64,000 nucleotides of DNA from Blepharisma stoltei ATCC 30299 (GCA_965603825.1 CBFDEM010000027.1:62001-126000); one strand, 5' to 3'; shown: positions 13,001-25,445, counted from the first letter of the stretch. Notes: a model not told the origin generated them from the letters alone. Translations and numbers: made by a program.

Positions 13001-13982
13001 TTATGAAGGCGACACCATTATTTGTAGCTCAGAAGGGTACAATCAAGCATATTTTACCCATATAAATTTGCGAAATAATGGAAGAGAATTTTTACTTGTA
13101 TGTAAATTTGACATCACAGAAATCCCTGAAATAATGAATCCTAGTGAAGAAACCCAAGACATGAACTGGATCATGAGAATTATTTCAAGCGAGTCAATTG
13201 CTATTGCAAAAGATACAAGAAAAGAAGACAGAGAAGAAGCAATAAGAAAGTCATGGGAAACTTCTCAGCCTGGAAGACAAGAATTAGCCAAAACCAGCAG
13301 AGGAAGATATTTAGCACAGATGAAAAAAAATAATGGAGAAGCATTAAATGACCAAGAAAATGAGCTGTTAAAAGACTCATGGGCTGACAGACGAAAACAG
13401 AAAAAAGAACAAGAAGTAGCAGGAAAGCCGAAACCGAAAGGAAAAGACGCAAAAAATGTAAAAGAGGTAGAAAAGCCTCAGGTCGTTGAGTTTGAAATCC
13501 CAAAGGCAGAGGACCATGTCATGCATTCAGTCCAGAAATTTTTAAATCATGCACACTCTGATAGGCTAAAAACTATTAAACAAGTGAATTTAGACCGACA
13601 GTTATTTACTTATGAATTTATAGAAGAATCAAAAGTCCTTCTCAAGCAAGACATCCAAAACTTCGCCCAAATCCAAGAGCAGCGCAAAGCTCTACGTCAG
13701 CAGTATAAGCAAGAATTCGACGCCAAAAAAGAATTCTACAAAGCCCAAATGCTGAAAAGAAAAGAACAAATGGACAGCAACTTGCAGGTCTACAAAGAAT
13801 CAAGAGGAAACTACCAAAACAGATGTGATAAAAGAAAAGAAATTTTGACCAAGCTCCAAACAGCCCTCCAAGCTAATGATCTAGCCACGCTTGAACAAGC
13901 TATTAATGATCCTTTCGCTTTGGCTTGTGACCCAGTTCTGCTTAACCAATGCTTAAAAGTCTTAAGCAAGACTAAAAAATAA
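10020..13982 (+). CDS. ADGB: Androglobin-like calpain-domain protein (~1320 aa)
   Basis: Three ORFs in one frame joined by TGA=Trp. Motifs PIYNPSGRYWVKL...LWPIILTKA and KDTRKEDREEAIRKSWETSQPGR resemble the androglobin N- and C-terminal blocks. Confidence 0.75.
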
Positions 13983-14018
13983 ATTTAAAAATTTATTATA
14001 TGAATTTATTCAAATTAA

Positions 14019-16532
14019 TTACTTGTCTTTAAATCCTGGGAATTCGTCAGGCAAGTTCATACTAATTTCTTCAGGATCTTCAAAAATTTCACTGACGTGT
14101 CTTGGCCGCTTGGTTGGGATGTCAGGGATTATTTCGTCCTCATCAAAATTCAGCTGCTTGTCAGTTTTTTTCATCATGTAATTTATATTGTTAAGAGTTG
14201 AGGCTGGGGATTCCCCAAATGCGTAAAGTCTTCTGGAGCTTGGAGTTGCAAAAGGAGAGACCAATGGAGATTGGTTTATTGATAAATTTCTGCTTGGAGA
14301 TTGATGGTAATAGGAAGTCAAAGATGAAGGTACATTTTGGATATTTTGAGAAAATAAAGAGATTGGCTGATTTTGAGGGATATTTATGGTAGCTAGTGGC
14401 CTACTGATGCTACGCAAATGAGTTTTCATGTGTCGTAGGTAAACTTCATTATAAAATTTTATAATATCCCCAAAGTTGTGTGTCCCAGACAGCCTGACCT
14501 GTCTAAAAATGGTCCCAGAGTCATTATAAAACTCCATATACTTTGAAATCAAAGTATTAAAAGTAATATTTAAGCTTTTTGCTTTACAAACCCCATAAAT
14601 TGTGCATGAAATAATCTGATCAATTTGTCTATCTACCAGCATCTCAATAGCTTCTATAATCACGCTTTTCAAGACTGTCCAAATTTCTTCTTTTATCTGA
14701 TCCTGCAGCCCAAATAAATTTGATAAATCCACGACTCTGTTTACACAGTAAACCAAAAATCGTCTATAAAAAATGAGCACAGCTGGATGATTTGTAGACT
14801 CTTTGCTATCTAAGTGCTGCTTTATTAATCCATGAATAGGAGAATTTTCACGCCAGGCGTGAAAAGAGATAATTTTCATTTCAAGGACTTTGAAATAATG
14901 CCGAATTGATGTCGGAATTTTTGGGTCAAAATCAATAAAATTTTTCATTAATTTCCAAAAATCAAAAGCAGTGATTTTGCATAGAGCCAAAACTTCTTCA
15001 AAATCAACCGTAAGTGTATTATACACAAATAGAATTGTTTGGAGACAGCACGACAATAAAGCCCTATAAAAGCTTTCATTCCTCAGTACATTTGTATAGT
15101 TGTCTCTTGATTCTGATCTCAATTCCAGCTGCCTTTCTTCAATTTTCATCAGTTCCCCTAGTGCTTTATAGAACAATTTTAAGGTCATTTCTACCCGCAA
15201 ATTTGTCTGTTTTCTTTCCGCTTTGGTGCTTTCGTTGAAATGCCTTGCAATAAATGCTGAGGTGTCTGATCTTCCAAGACCGTACCGCTCTAAAAGATCT
15301 TCTAGGTTTATTTTGAATTCTTCTAATAGATTTTTGACCATATTTGAGGTCTCAGTCCCAAGCTTGCTTTTAATTTCGTGAGGGAGCTCACTGTTAAGTT
15401 CGTCTGTGTGGGAATTTAGCCAAGTTTCGAGCTCAATAGCGGAGGTCATTGGGGTGGATAAAGGGTATAATAAGGATCCTCTTGGGGAGTTTACTGGGTT
15501 GTTTAGCCTTAAAATGTCTTGCAGCTTTAAGTTTATTGATATTTGATCGTTGTCTTCAAATTCGATTACTCTTTGGTTCACAAATCTTTGGTTGCCATTA
15601 TTTATGATTGAGTAATCTGATAGTGCTTTGGCAGCGAGGCTTTCAGGTTTGCTGAGAAAACTCCTTTCGTCAAAATCATCAGGGAGTAATTTTTGTATAT
15701 AATATAAATTTAAACTTTGCAAGTTAAATTGTATATGCGAGCTTGAAAAAATTCCTTCAATGTTCCTTGAATTCTGCTGGTTTCCTCTTATCACTTGGTG
15801 CTCTTTAAACTTCTCTATCATCAGCATCACATGTGAAGCTGACACATTCACTTGTTCAGGCTGAGCTCTCAGCAGCCCACACAGGTATTTTAAGCACGCA
15901 TCTTGGTCACTAATCGGTGCTTTTGTGGAAATTTCACTGGACAAGTTCATAAGCATAAACTGTAAAGTCCCCAGCATCATACAGGCGCATTCTATAATTT
16001 CAGTTCTTCTTTGCAATAAATTGATTTTTGATAAAATATAAATAATCCATGTCATATCTTTAATTTGTTCTACTATATCATCAGGCCCAGAGATCTGAAG
16101 AGCGTTCCAAATTTCTTTAAACTTGTTAAATAAAGTTAAGGAAAATGCAAAATTACTGATAATTCGATGAATTTCACTTCTGGGCTGGTCGTCAAGATTT
16201 ACAGCTTTTATGAACTCTTTAAGGCGGATTACAAAAGTCTGGATATCCGAGGCTAAGCTTCCGCTTAGCAAGGCATTTAAAGATACGGGAGCAAGCTGAA
16301 TGGAGCTTTCTGACGAGGAATTGATATAAGTGCTTTTGCTTGCTGCTAAGATGGCGCATTTTACAGCACTTTCACTTTTGTTATCAGTCCAAGTTTCATC
16401 GTGGTCTATGAAATCAGAAAGATAATTTTCAGCGAGTGATTTTCGCTTGCTATCAAGGCCTATTTGAGAAGAAATTTGTTCTAAAAGAGTAATGGGGAGC
16501 TTCTCAGAGGTAACTTTGTTCGACATTTTCAT
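14019..16532 (-). CDS. RBR: Retinoblastoma-family pocket protein (RB_A and RB_B)
   Basis: RB_A: TPMTSAIE, FYRALLSCCLQTILF, AFDFWKL. RB_B: MLVDRQIDQIISCTIYGVCK, GDIIKFYNEVY. SP/TP-rich tail. Confidence 0.92.
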   Translation of the reverse strand: MKMSNKVTSEKLPITLLEQISSQIGLDSKRKSLAENYLSDFIDHDETWTDNKSESAVKCAILAASKSTYINSSSESSIQLAPVSLNALLSGSLASDIQTFVIRLKEFIKAVNLDDQPRSEIHRIISNFAFSLTLFNKFKEIWNALQISGPDDIVEQIKDMTWIIYILSKINLLQRRTEIIECACMMLGTLQFMLMNLSSEISTKAPISDQDACLKYLCGLLRAQPEQVNVSASHVMLMIEKFKEHQVIRGNQQNSRNIEGIFSSSHIQFNLQSLNLYYIQKLLPDDFDERSFLSKPESLAAKALSDYSIINNGNQRFVNQRVIEFEDNDQISINLKLQDILRLNNPVNSPRGSLLYPLSTPMTSAIELETWLNSHTDELNSELPHEIKSKLGTETSNMVKNLLEEFKINLEDLLERYGLGRSDTSAFIARHFNESTKAERKQTNLRVEMTLKLFYKALGELMKIEERQLELRSESRDNYTNVLRNESFYRALLSCCLQTILFVYNTLTVDFEEVLALCKITAFDFWKLMKNFIDFDPKIPTSIRHYFKVLEMKIISFHAWRENSPIHGLIKQHLDSKESTNHPAVLIFYRRFLVYCVNRVVDLSNLFGLQDQIKEEIWTVLKSVIIEAIEMLVDRQIDQIISCTIYGVCKAKSLNITFNTLISKYMEFYNDSGTIFRQVRLSGTHNFGDIIKFYNEVYLRHMKTHLRSISRPLATINIPQNQPISLFSQNIQNVPSSLTSYYHQSPSRNLSINQSPLVSPFATPSSRRLYAFGESPASTLNNINYMMKKTDKQLNFDEDEIIPDIPTKRPRHVSEIFEDPEEISMNLPDEFPGFKDK

Positions 16533-16835
16533 TATATAAATACCCGCGTTATTCGATTTTAAATTTATTGTGCTAGAGAAGGAGGAATGATAGAAATATT
16601 TTTTTCATTAATTGAGATATTGACAGGGATTATATATCTTTAAGATATGGGAAAATTGTAGGGAAAAAGAAAGGTTTTAATAAAAAATGCAATGGAAAAT
16701 TCTAGAAAGCATAGCAGCTGCTTTTATATAAAAAATTAAAAATAAAGGAAAGGAGTAGATAATCTGAGATAAAATATATAAAAATCGGATATTTTAGGAG
16801 CCTTCTTATAAATTATTGTCTAATAAAAATATTTA

Positions 16836-17162
16836 ATGTCTTTAATTCGAAGCAGGACAGAAGGCTTAAAAGTCTACCGGAAAATCCTAAAATGCCACAA
16901 GCTCCTTCCAGAAGAAATGATGAAACTTGGCAACGCTTACGTCCGCGAAGAATTTAAAAAGCACCACTATCCCAAAATTGAGAAATTCACTGCAGCCCAT
17001 TACTTGACTTTCTTGACATCCTGAAAAGATTACCTTCTACAAATGGCGAACCCTGAAACAAGGCTATACGGCCGAAACCTGACTAGTGAAGAAGTCAATG
17101 CTATGTCGAAAGAACAAAAAGAAACTATTAACAAATATAAAACAAATAAAATAATAAAATAA
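16836..17162 (+). CDS. SDHAF3: LYR-motif succinate dehydrogenase assembly factor 3 (ACN9)
   Basis: VYRKILKCHKLLPEEMMKLGNAYVREEFKKH...FLTS(W=TGA)KDY...GRNLTSEEVNAMSKEQ; stop TAA 17160-17162. Confidence 0.85.
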
Positions 17163-17284
17163 ATAACCATACATTCAGTCGTCAAATATATAAAGAAACA
17201 AACAATGCTAGAAGACCTGCTGCTCCTCTTGATATCAGCTTGATAACGAGACATAAAAGATCGGTATCTGATCACACGTCACCT

Positions 17285-18238
17285 ATGATAAATATCCTGC
17301 ATGAATTCCCAAAAAATCAAAATAGCATTGATAAGAAAAGACATATATCTGATCAGATATCACCAAAAAGATGCACCTATCTTGAACCTCCAAGACTCCA
17401 TGCGAATAGCACTCACAAAAGATCAATTTCTGACCAACTCTCGCCTAGAAGAGCTATTTTACATGAAATCCCTAACAAGTCTGATGAAATTAATGACACA
17501 AATAAACAAAACAGAGGCAACAGCATAGAAAGAGACCAACAAAAATCAGAAACAAAAATAGACTTATCTAAGTTACCCCCTGTATTCCCATCTCTTCATG
17601 TCAGAACTAATCGTTTTCACTTTCAAGACCATCAAACATATAGTGAACAGGTCTCTCCGATCTCAAAAAATGACCCAGCTTTCCCAAGTTTCCGACATAA
17701 TGAGCATTTTCTTAGTAACGTAAGAAGACCATCAATTCCATTTGACATGGGAATGATAATAAATCGCAAAAGGCCGGTATCAGACCAAGTATCATCAATA
17801 AAATATATAGTCAATGAAGTCCCTAAATGCCAGTCTTTGAGCGAAATTGTCCAGTTAAACAATATTTGTAAAAAATTGATGGAAGAGCAGGAAGAGCTGA
17901 AAAAGCAAATTAATGACCAAAAATCAGAAATTGACCAACTAAAAAGTGAAAAACAATTGGAGATTTTGGAAAATATAAAAATTCCATCAGAAAATCTTAT
18001 TCATACACACAGAATAAGAAGAGAAAATCTTCAAATTGCAATTGATGAAAATAACCCAAGGCCTAATAAAGAAGAAAACTGTGAAAAAGCAAAGCAAGAT
18101 GAAGCTTTGTTTACCTTTATGGACTATGATCACAATATGGGCGAGACTTCACATTTTGGATTAGTTGCAGAGCCTCCAAAGTCAAGTCGGTTTCCTAGAG
18201 ATGTTTTTGTAAGAAGGGTTAAAAAATCAAGGGGGTAA
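17285..18238 (+). CDS. Uncharacterised protein with repeated (H/K)KRxxSDQxSP motifs and a coiled coil; true start uncertain (frame open from 17150)
   Basis: Four copies of an R-x-x-S-D-[HQ]-x-S motif; the first lies upstream of the first ATG (17285). Confidence 0.7.
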   Translation: MINILHEFPKNQNSIDKKRHISDQISPKRCTYLEPPRLHANSTHKRSISDQLSPRRAILHEIPNKSDEINDTNKQNRGNSIERDQQKSETKIDLSKLPPVFPSLHVRTNRFHFQDHQTYSEQVSPISKNDPAFPSFRHNEHFLSNVRRPSIPFDMGMIINRKRPVSDQVSSIKYIVNEVPKCQSLSEIVQLNNICKKLMEEQEELKKQINDQKSEIDQLKSEKQLEILENIKIPSENLIHTHRIRRENLQIAIDENNPRPNKEENCEKAKQDEALFTFMDYDHNMGETSHFGLVAEPPKSSRFPRDVFVRRVKKSRG

Positions 18239-18291
18239 TTAGTGATAATAATTTAACTGCAAATCTAATTTTCCATAACCTATAATTAAAA

Positions 18292-21200
18292 ATGAGTGTT
18301 TTATACCAAGAAGCCCATTCATATCAAATTTCAGTAGTAGACAGCCTAATAAACGACGCTGAAGCCTGAAAAAATACACAAGACGTCGTATTTTTAACAA
18401 TGCAAGCATTTTATGAAATTCTCAAGCTTCATGGATCAAAAATTGGAGAACTTGACCACCTGCCAGCTCCCAGAGACAGAGCAGAAGACTCTAATTTATC
18501 CACACAGCGGAAATGAAGTGGCACACAGGTATTTGAAATATATGAAGAATTAAATAAAAAGCCGTCACTTGATGAAGTTAACGATTTGATTAAGCACAAA
18601 TTGGCAAATTTAGATAGGACATCCCCGCCACTTCATGATCCCTCTCAAGATGATATAGATTTTGATATAGAGAGCAATAAATCTATAAGAGAATTAGATG
18701 AAATTAGAGAAGAAATCCGTGAAATTAAGATAAAAATAAGTGAAGCTGCCAATCATTCAGAAATCAGAGTTATCTACGATCTGCTTGAGAATAAAGCAAA
18801 TATTCCAGACATATGAGAAGCATTGCAGCAAAAAGCAAATAAACAAGCAGTTAATAATGTTTTAGCCAAAAAAGCCAACACTTCAGATTTTGAAAATTTA
18901 ATGGCAATAAAAGCTGACAACAAAATAGTCCAAGAGCTGATTTCAAAAGTCGACGAAAAAATTGATATTTCTGCTATGGAAAATGCCACAAAAGACCTTG
19001 AAAAAAGGATAAATAAAGAAATTGAAGACTTTAAGAAGCAGCTTTTAGACGATTTTTCTCCTGTGTCTAGGACTGATTTTGATATTGAAATTCAAAAATT
19101 TGATAAAATGGTTGACAGTATTTATGAGCAAAACGCAAATTCGATTAAAAATATTGAAAATACTGTAGAAAATATGATAAGGTCAAAATTAGAGAAAAAT
19201 AGAGAAATTAATGTGAGCCAAGCCATTGATAGGTCGATGATTGAGACTATGAATAATCAGCTTAGGGATGAAATAAAAGAAATGAAAATATTTATTACAG
19301 GTGACATTAGAAATAAAATAACAGAAATTAATGAAAAATTTGATTCTGTACAAGAGAAATATAATGAACAAAGAAGTAATGAAGAGTATAAATTGAAATT
19401 ATATGAAGAAGAAATTTTCAAGTTAAAAGCAAGTCAAGACTCATTAATTTCTTTAAAATCTGATTTTAAAAAAGTCTTCCAAGAGCTGCAAAAATCTGAA
19501 AGCGAAAGAAAAAATCAGTTAGAAGTCAGTGAATTTTGTAACAAATCGAATATGCAAACTTTAAATTTGTTAAAAAATTCAGTTGAATCGCTTGAAAAAG
19601 CTTTCCATGCAAACAACTATGAACTATCTGCACATGTAAAGCAAACAGACTCAAATTTTCAATCACAAAAAAGTTATTTTGAAAATGAGCTAAAATCCAA
19701 TAAAAATGAATTTTTTGAGCTTTTTAATAAATTAGATGCAAATTTATTATGACAAAAAAGGCAGTTTGATGAGCAGCTGAAAATTAATAAAGAAGAATTA
19801 ACAAAAATTTTGAATAATCCAGGATTTCAAGCAGCAGATAATAGTAATTTCGAAGGAGAATTAAAATTAGTTAAAGAAGAACTTATAAAGATAGTAAATG
19901 ATTTTCAAACAAATTTTGAAGAAGAAATAAAAAGGAATAGAACCGAATTAGATAAATTTTCGAATAAATTAGAAAATGATTTGCAGAGACAAGAAGCATT
20001 TTTAGAAGAAAAAATAAAATTAAGCAAGAATGAATTGAATGAAGCTTCAAATAAATTCAATGAAAAATTAGAAGAGTTGAAAAAGCAGGCTAGAGAAGAT
20101 ATGGAACTGAATAAAGGCGAATTTAATCCCATTTTTAATGATTTTGAGCTAAGATTAGCTGATCTAAAAAATCACATTGACGAACTAAACAGTAAAAATT
20201 CTAAAAGTCTTCCACAAGCAAAATTTGATGAAAAAGAAATTTCAAAACTGCATTCTCTTTATAACGACCTATTGCAAAAAATTGTGGAAATAGAAGAATC
20301 TTTATCAAAAAAAATAGACATAAAGGATTTTAATTCTGCTTTGCAAAATTCAGAGCACATGAAAATAATTTTATCATCTTTGTCGTCAAAAGCAGATGAA
20401 GCTGCTATTAATGAGCTAATAAAAATACAAGAAGAAATCAGCCAGCTCTACAGTTCTCTAAAAGAAACAGTTGAGCATAAAATGGCTCATGAAAAAAGTA
20501 GCAAAGATATTGAAGAAATTAATATAATTGATGAGGATTATGAATTATCAGAAATAGAAAATATAAAAATGACACAAGATGAATTCGCTTTAAATATTAA
20601 AAAAATTGAAGGAATTCTTGAAAAAAAGGCAGACATTGAGGAAATTAATAAAAAAGTATCTGAAGAAATGCTATTTAACCTATTAAACGAAAAAGTTGAC
20701 TATAAACTCTATGAATATCTCGCTTCTTCCCAAAATGAAATTCTATTAAATATCGAAAATCTTGATAAAATTTTACAAGGAAAAGCAGAAAAAAATGACC
20801 TTGATATAAAAGTTTCAAATAAAGATCTTAAAGAATTATTATCAAATAAAGCAGACACAATATCACTAATAGAGTTTCAAGAAACTGTTAAGAAAAATCT
20901 TAAAGATCTTGAAGCAAAAATCCCACCAAAAAGGAAAAATACCGATCTAAGCCAAGAAAAAATTTTAAAAGAAACCCAAGCCTACATTTCAGCAAGTTTA
21001 TCTAAATTTCAAATAGGTGAAGTCAAAATTCTCCAAGAAAAATTTACAAAAGAGCTAGAACATATTAAAACAAGGATTAAAAGCTTTGTAAAATCCGATA
21101 TTTTTGAGACATCAACTCGAGAAATCTACTCAATTTTGAATACAAAATTAGACTCTTCTTCCCTTTCAGAAATTATTAATAATCAAGAAGAAATAATGAA

Positions 21201-21939
21201 AACTATTGAAAATTTAAATTTTGAGAAAAAAGATGAAAATCAAATAAAAGCCTTGGTAGAGGCAATTGATAATAAATTCAAAAAATTAAAATTGGATATA
21301 AATACAAAATTCAGCTCATTTAAGAACGAAAAAGAGCATCTTTTTGAAGAACTCAGGAAGGAAAATGAAAAATCATTTGAGTATGTGCTAGGAGAATTAA
21401 GGAAAAAAGCAAGTAATAAAGAAATAAAAGGAATCCTTGATGCAAAAATTAATGCAGAAGAATACAAGCATGATTTAGCTGGATTTATTACAAAAGACGA
21501 CTATGAGACAAACATCCTTGAACAGTCGTTAATTAATGAAATTTTACTAGGAGAAAACTGCCTTGGGAAATGGCTTTGAAAGTCAGGAAAAGAAACAAAT
21601 AATTATATCCCATGGGAAACTGAAATTTCTAATACTTGTCCTACGAATTTTATATGAAAACCCAACACAATCGAAATTTCTGTAATAGCTCCTGGCCTCT
21701 ATGAAATTTCATATGGATTTTACTCCAGTAAAAAACCAAATATAACTGTGTATATTAATGACGAAATCGCTATAGAAGATAAACCAAACCCAAATAAACG
21801 CTGGATAAGGCATTCTGATGGTAATATATCAGGATTATCAAATATTTCCTTCATCGCTCTACCAGCCCGCGCAAATATTCGCATTTCTTATACATGTGAG
21901 AAAAAAGGTGAAGGATTTTTAAGTCTGAGAAAAATTTAA
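18292..21939 (+). CDS. Large coiled-coil protein with KKA(N/D) repeats and a C-terminal C1q-like beta domain (~1215 aa)
   Basis: Four ORFs in one frame joined by TGA=Trp. C-terminus GKWL(W)KSG...IPWETE...APGLYEISYGF...FIALPARANIRISY...EGFLSLRKI. Confidence 0.8.
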
Positions 21940-21960
21940 CTAAGTAGCATTATTTATACA

Positions 21961-23691
21961 TTAAATGTTAGTTGTAATACCTTTGGAGTCAGCTACAAAT
22001 AACTGTTGAGAGGAGTCGCTTATTGCTGTTTTTAATGTAATTTTTGATTTGAGTCCACTTGCGTCTTTCGTGCTTGCAATTCCAGTCGATTGGTATTCAG
22101 AGCTTGTGTGTTTTTTAGAGGTGGACTGAATTTTCATCCCAGACGCCGGAGATGCCATCCCGCTAGGAGAAAACTCAGTTATAAACTCTCCTTGGTTTTC
22201 TATATCAACTGTATTCTGTTTATACTCTTGGGAGTCAAGTTTACTAGGAAAATTTAAATTTACCTGATGCTTTTTCGAGTCTGTATCAATTTTTGGTGTT
22301 TCGTTCCCTTTAAACATCATTTCCACCTCTTGCGTAGCACTCCCTGCGTTGATTAAATCTTCTAATTTCACATGCCTTGAATTTTTCCATTCTTCTTGTC
22401 CTTTTCCTATGCTTTCAGCTAGCATTTCTTCTCTAGCTCTTGCGCTTAAAGGATTTTCTGATGATAAAATTGTGTGTAGCAGCTCTTGGTCTGCTGGCAA
22501 GACCGCAATATTTTTTGGAGCTGTCCCTGTCATTTCATCATTTGTGTCACTTTCATTGTGGATATGCATTCTTTTTCTTCAGTTTGAGATACGGGCTGGA
22601 GGTTTTCCTCTTGAGCTTTTAGGTTCTTTGGCTTTTTGGCTGCTTCCTTTATATTTTTTGCTTTCAATATATATTAACTGATACATAAGCTCAATTTTTT
22701 CTGTATCATTATCCCTTATCATTTCAGCCAGTTTCATCAGCATCGGATTCAAATTTGCATTGAATAAATTTGCTTTTTTTAATATTGAAATAGCTTGCTT
22801 TATTTCATCAGGAGAAATTTGGACACAAATGCTGTCTTCGCTGTCATATTCTGATTTTCAGCTTCCCATTGATTTTTCCATAGATATTCCTACATGACTA
22901 TTCCCTTCTTGCTGCTGAGAATATTCTTCAATTAAAGTTTCTAAACCTTTTGAAATCATTTCTTCTGATACATTTTGAGATGGAGGAATTGGAGGTAAGA
23001 GATTTAGCTGTTTTATTTGTGGTCGAGGCTTAGACGAGGACGATCTATGAGAAAAAGCACTACGGTTAGAAATCAAATCTTCTTCATATTTATTGGACGA
23101 CGCTGATCTTATTGAAAGCTTTGCAGGTGATCGGGCTGGCTTAAGATTTTTCAGATTTAAATTCGGGATTTGCTTTTCTTCAGGAACTATTGTGCTGAGA
23201 AATTCTTTTTCAAGAATTTTTAGCTTCTTATTAAATTCTTGTTTGATTTCGTTCTTTTTAGTTTTTTGTGAATTAAAATTCTTTTCAAGCTCTTTGAGAT
23301 CATTATTCCATATATTTTTCACCTGAGCTAAAAAATTTTTTAATTCTTTTTCTTTGTTCAGATATTCGTTTTCCTTCGTATCGATTTGTTGCTTGAATTT
23401 CAAAATTCTTTTTTCTTCTATGGCGCTATCTTTAATTTTTTTTAAAGCTAGTTTTTTCTGCTGGCTGTGAAATTTTGTTGATTTAGCTAAATCCTGGGTG
23501 AAATCTTCCCATGATTTTTGCAGATCTTGAAAAACTTCATAAATTTGGATAGCATTTTCTTGGCCAGTAGAAGCGTTGAGATCTTGGATGAAATTTTGTA
23601 GGTCTGCGCTGAATTCTAGGCTCTCTTTTGTAAGCAGTCGGATTTTGGTTTCTGAAGATTTACTTGAATACTCGTTATAAGATAAAGCCAT
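21961..23691 (-). CDS. Uncharacterised coiled-coil/low-complexity protein
   Basis: ORFs 22858-23691 and 21961-22569 share a frame and are bridged by two TGA=Trp with no TAA/TAG. Confidence 0.78.
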
Positions 23692-23810
23692 TATTGTTAT
23701 TTATAAGTTTGGTCAGCATAGAAAAATACTTAATGAAATTCCATTTTAGACTATTTTTCTCTTTTAAAAATTAACTGATTTTTTAAATCATTAAGGTTAT
23801 CTTAGAATGG

Positions 23811-25253
23811 TTAGTCATCCCCTATAACAGGACGTGTGGTATATTGCAAATTCTTAAAAAGCGTTCTTCTCATTTCTAAAACTTTTTCAATATCTGGCCC
23901 AGCTTGTTCATCAGGGGTAAATATTTCTTCCGGCTTATCCACATCTTTGCAGAAATCCATATAGTTCACCTCTTCCATGTTGCCTTTGTCAAGATATCTC
24001 TTAAGAATTACCCGAAGATCCTCCTCAGTGGGAGCTAATGCAAGCTGGTTCAGAACCCTGCAGAACTGAGTTCTCGAAACATGCCCAGACTTGGTAATAT
24101 CAAAATCTTGGAACATCGGGCGCAAATGGACCCTTCTATTTCTAATAATAACCTGGAAATTCATCAAGGCATTTTCCAATAAAACTCTTTCGCCTTCCGT
24201 AAAATCTAAATATTTTCTCCTGGCAGGCTGAGTGGAAATAAATGCAGGCGGCCTCACTTCTGGCAGTTTATCAAGCGGATCTGGAGCGCTTTCTACATAT
24301 CTGCAGAACTCGGCATATCTGATATCTCCTCTTTCGTCTCTATATTTGTCTATCATTGCTTGTATGTCAGCTTCAGTAAGCCTTAAGCCAAGCATTCCTA
24401 AAGCTGAGGTAAATTGGCCTTCTTTGACGGTTCCTTTTCTAAGCCTGTCGTAGTCTCTGAAGAACTCGCTGGCTCTGATTCTTTTCATGGCGACCTCAGC
24501 TCTGAGCCTTTCTTCGACTTCTAGATGGTCTGCTTGTTTAGGGACTTCGGAGTCAAAAAATCTGGTCGCGGTGAGGTCTTGGACTGTTTGAGGCTTTGGC
24601 ATAGGGTCATATGTGGTTTCTGTAGGCCCTGAAATAATGCCACCTATGGTGTCAACGTCGTCTACAGCTCGGCAGAAAGCTTGGTAATTGACGCCCAGGT
24701 GAGAGTCCTTGTAAAGGTTGATGATAAGCTGAATTATGTCAGATTCCTCAGGCAGAAGCCCAGTTGTAGTCAAAACACGTTTAAATTGAGAAACAGTTAC
24801 ATGGCCTGTATTGGCTTTGTCGAAATCTTGGAAGACTGGTTTGACTAATATTCTTTGGACCTTCATAATTTGTTGGAATTGTTGAAGGGCGTTTTTAACT
24901 CTTTCTAATTCTGCAACGCTGAGTTTGGGGGATCCGACTTGTTTTTGGACTGCTTTGACTGGAGATGGCTCAGATTCATCAAGATATGCTGATTCCATTT
25001 CTGAAAGGAATTGCCTATAGTTGATTTGGCCGCCATCGACCTTGAATAATGAACCAAGTGCGCTCATATCTGCTGATGTTAGTGGGAAGTTCATCATACT
25101 TAAAGCACGACGGAATTGAGCTTCACTGACTTCTCCTTTGCGAAGTGGATCAAAATCTGTAAAGAATTCTTTAGGGCGAATGCGCCTTTGTGCAGCTTCT
25201 AGCTTGATTCGGTTGAGTACTTGAGCCATAACGTTCAATAAAATGTCTACCAT
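23811..25253 (-). CDS. Repeated EF-hand-like protein (FAP115/EFCAB6-like, probably axonemal)
   Basis: Four repeats of R(I/V)xxxxxF.DFDxxxxG.V...QF.R.L...(I/V)NY..F. Confidence 0.75.
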   Translation of the reverse strand: MVDILLNVMAQVLNRIKLEAAQRRIRPKEFFTDFDPLRKGEVSEAQFRRALSMMNFPLTSADMSALGSLFKVDGGQINYRQFLSEMESAYLDESEPSPVKAVQKQVGSPKLSVAELERVKNALQQFQQIMKVQRILVKPVFQDFDKANTGHVTVSQFKRVLTTTGLLPEESDIIQLIINLYKDSHLGVNYQAFCRAVDDVDTIGGIISGPTETTYDPMPKPQTVQDLTATRFFDSEVPKQADHLEVEERLRAEVAMKRIRASEFFRDYDRLRKGTVKEGQFTSALGMLGLRLTEADIQAMIDKYRDERGDIRYAEFCRYVESAPDPLDKLPEVRPPAFISTQPARRKYLDFTEGERVLLENALMNFQVIIRNRRVHLRPMFQDFDITKSGHVSRTQFCRVLNQLALAPTEEDLRVILKRYLDKGNMEEVNYMDFCKDVDKPEEIFTPDEQAGPDIEKVLEMRRTLFKNLQYTTRPVIGDD

Positions 25254-25398
25254 ATTCGAGAAATCAAGATTTAAAATGGGCTAGAGCTTAATCTGTCCTA
25301 AAATTTAATTAAATAAATCGGTTTAAATCACAAATAAAGAGAATAAATAAATGATAGAAGTATAGGAAGCATGGATTAAAAATTTTAAAAAAATCAAA

Positions 25399-25445
25399 AA
25401 AATTATGCGATTTTATGAGAATTCCATAAAATTATGCGATTTTAT
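25399..25445. repeat. 18-bp direct repeat in a divergent promoter
   Basis: AAAATTATGCGATTTTAT at 25399-25416 and 25428-25445. Confidence 0.7.
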
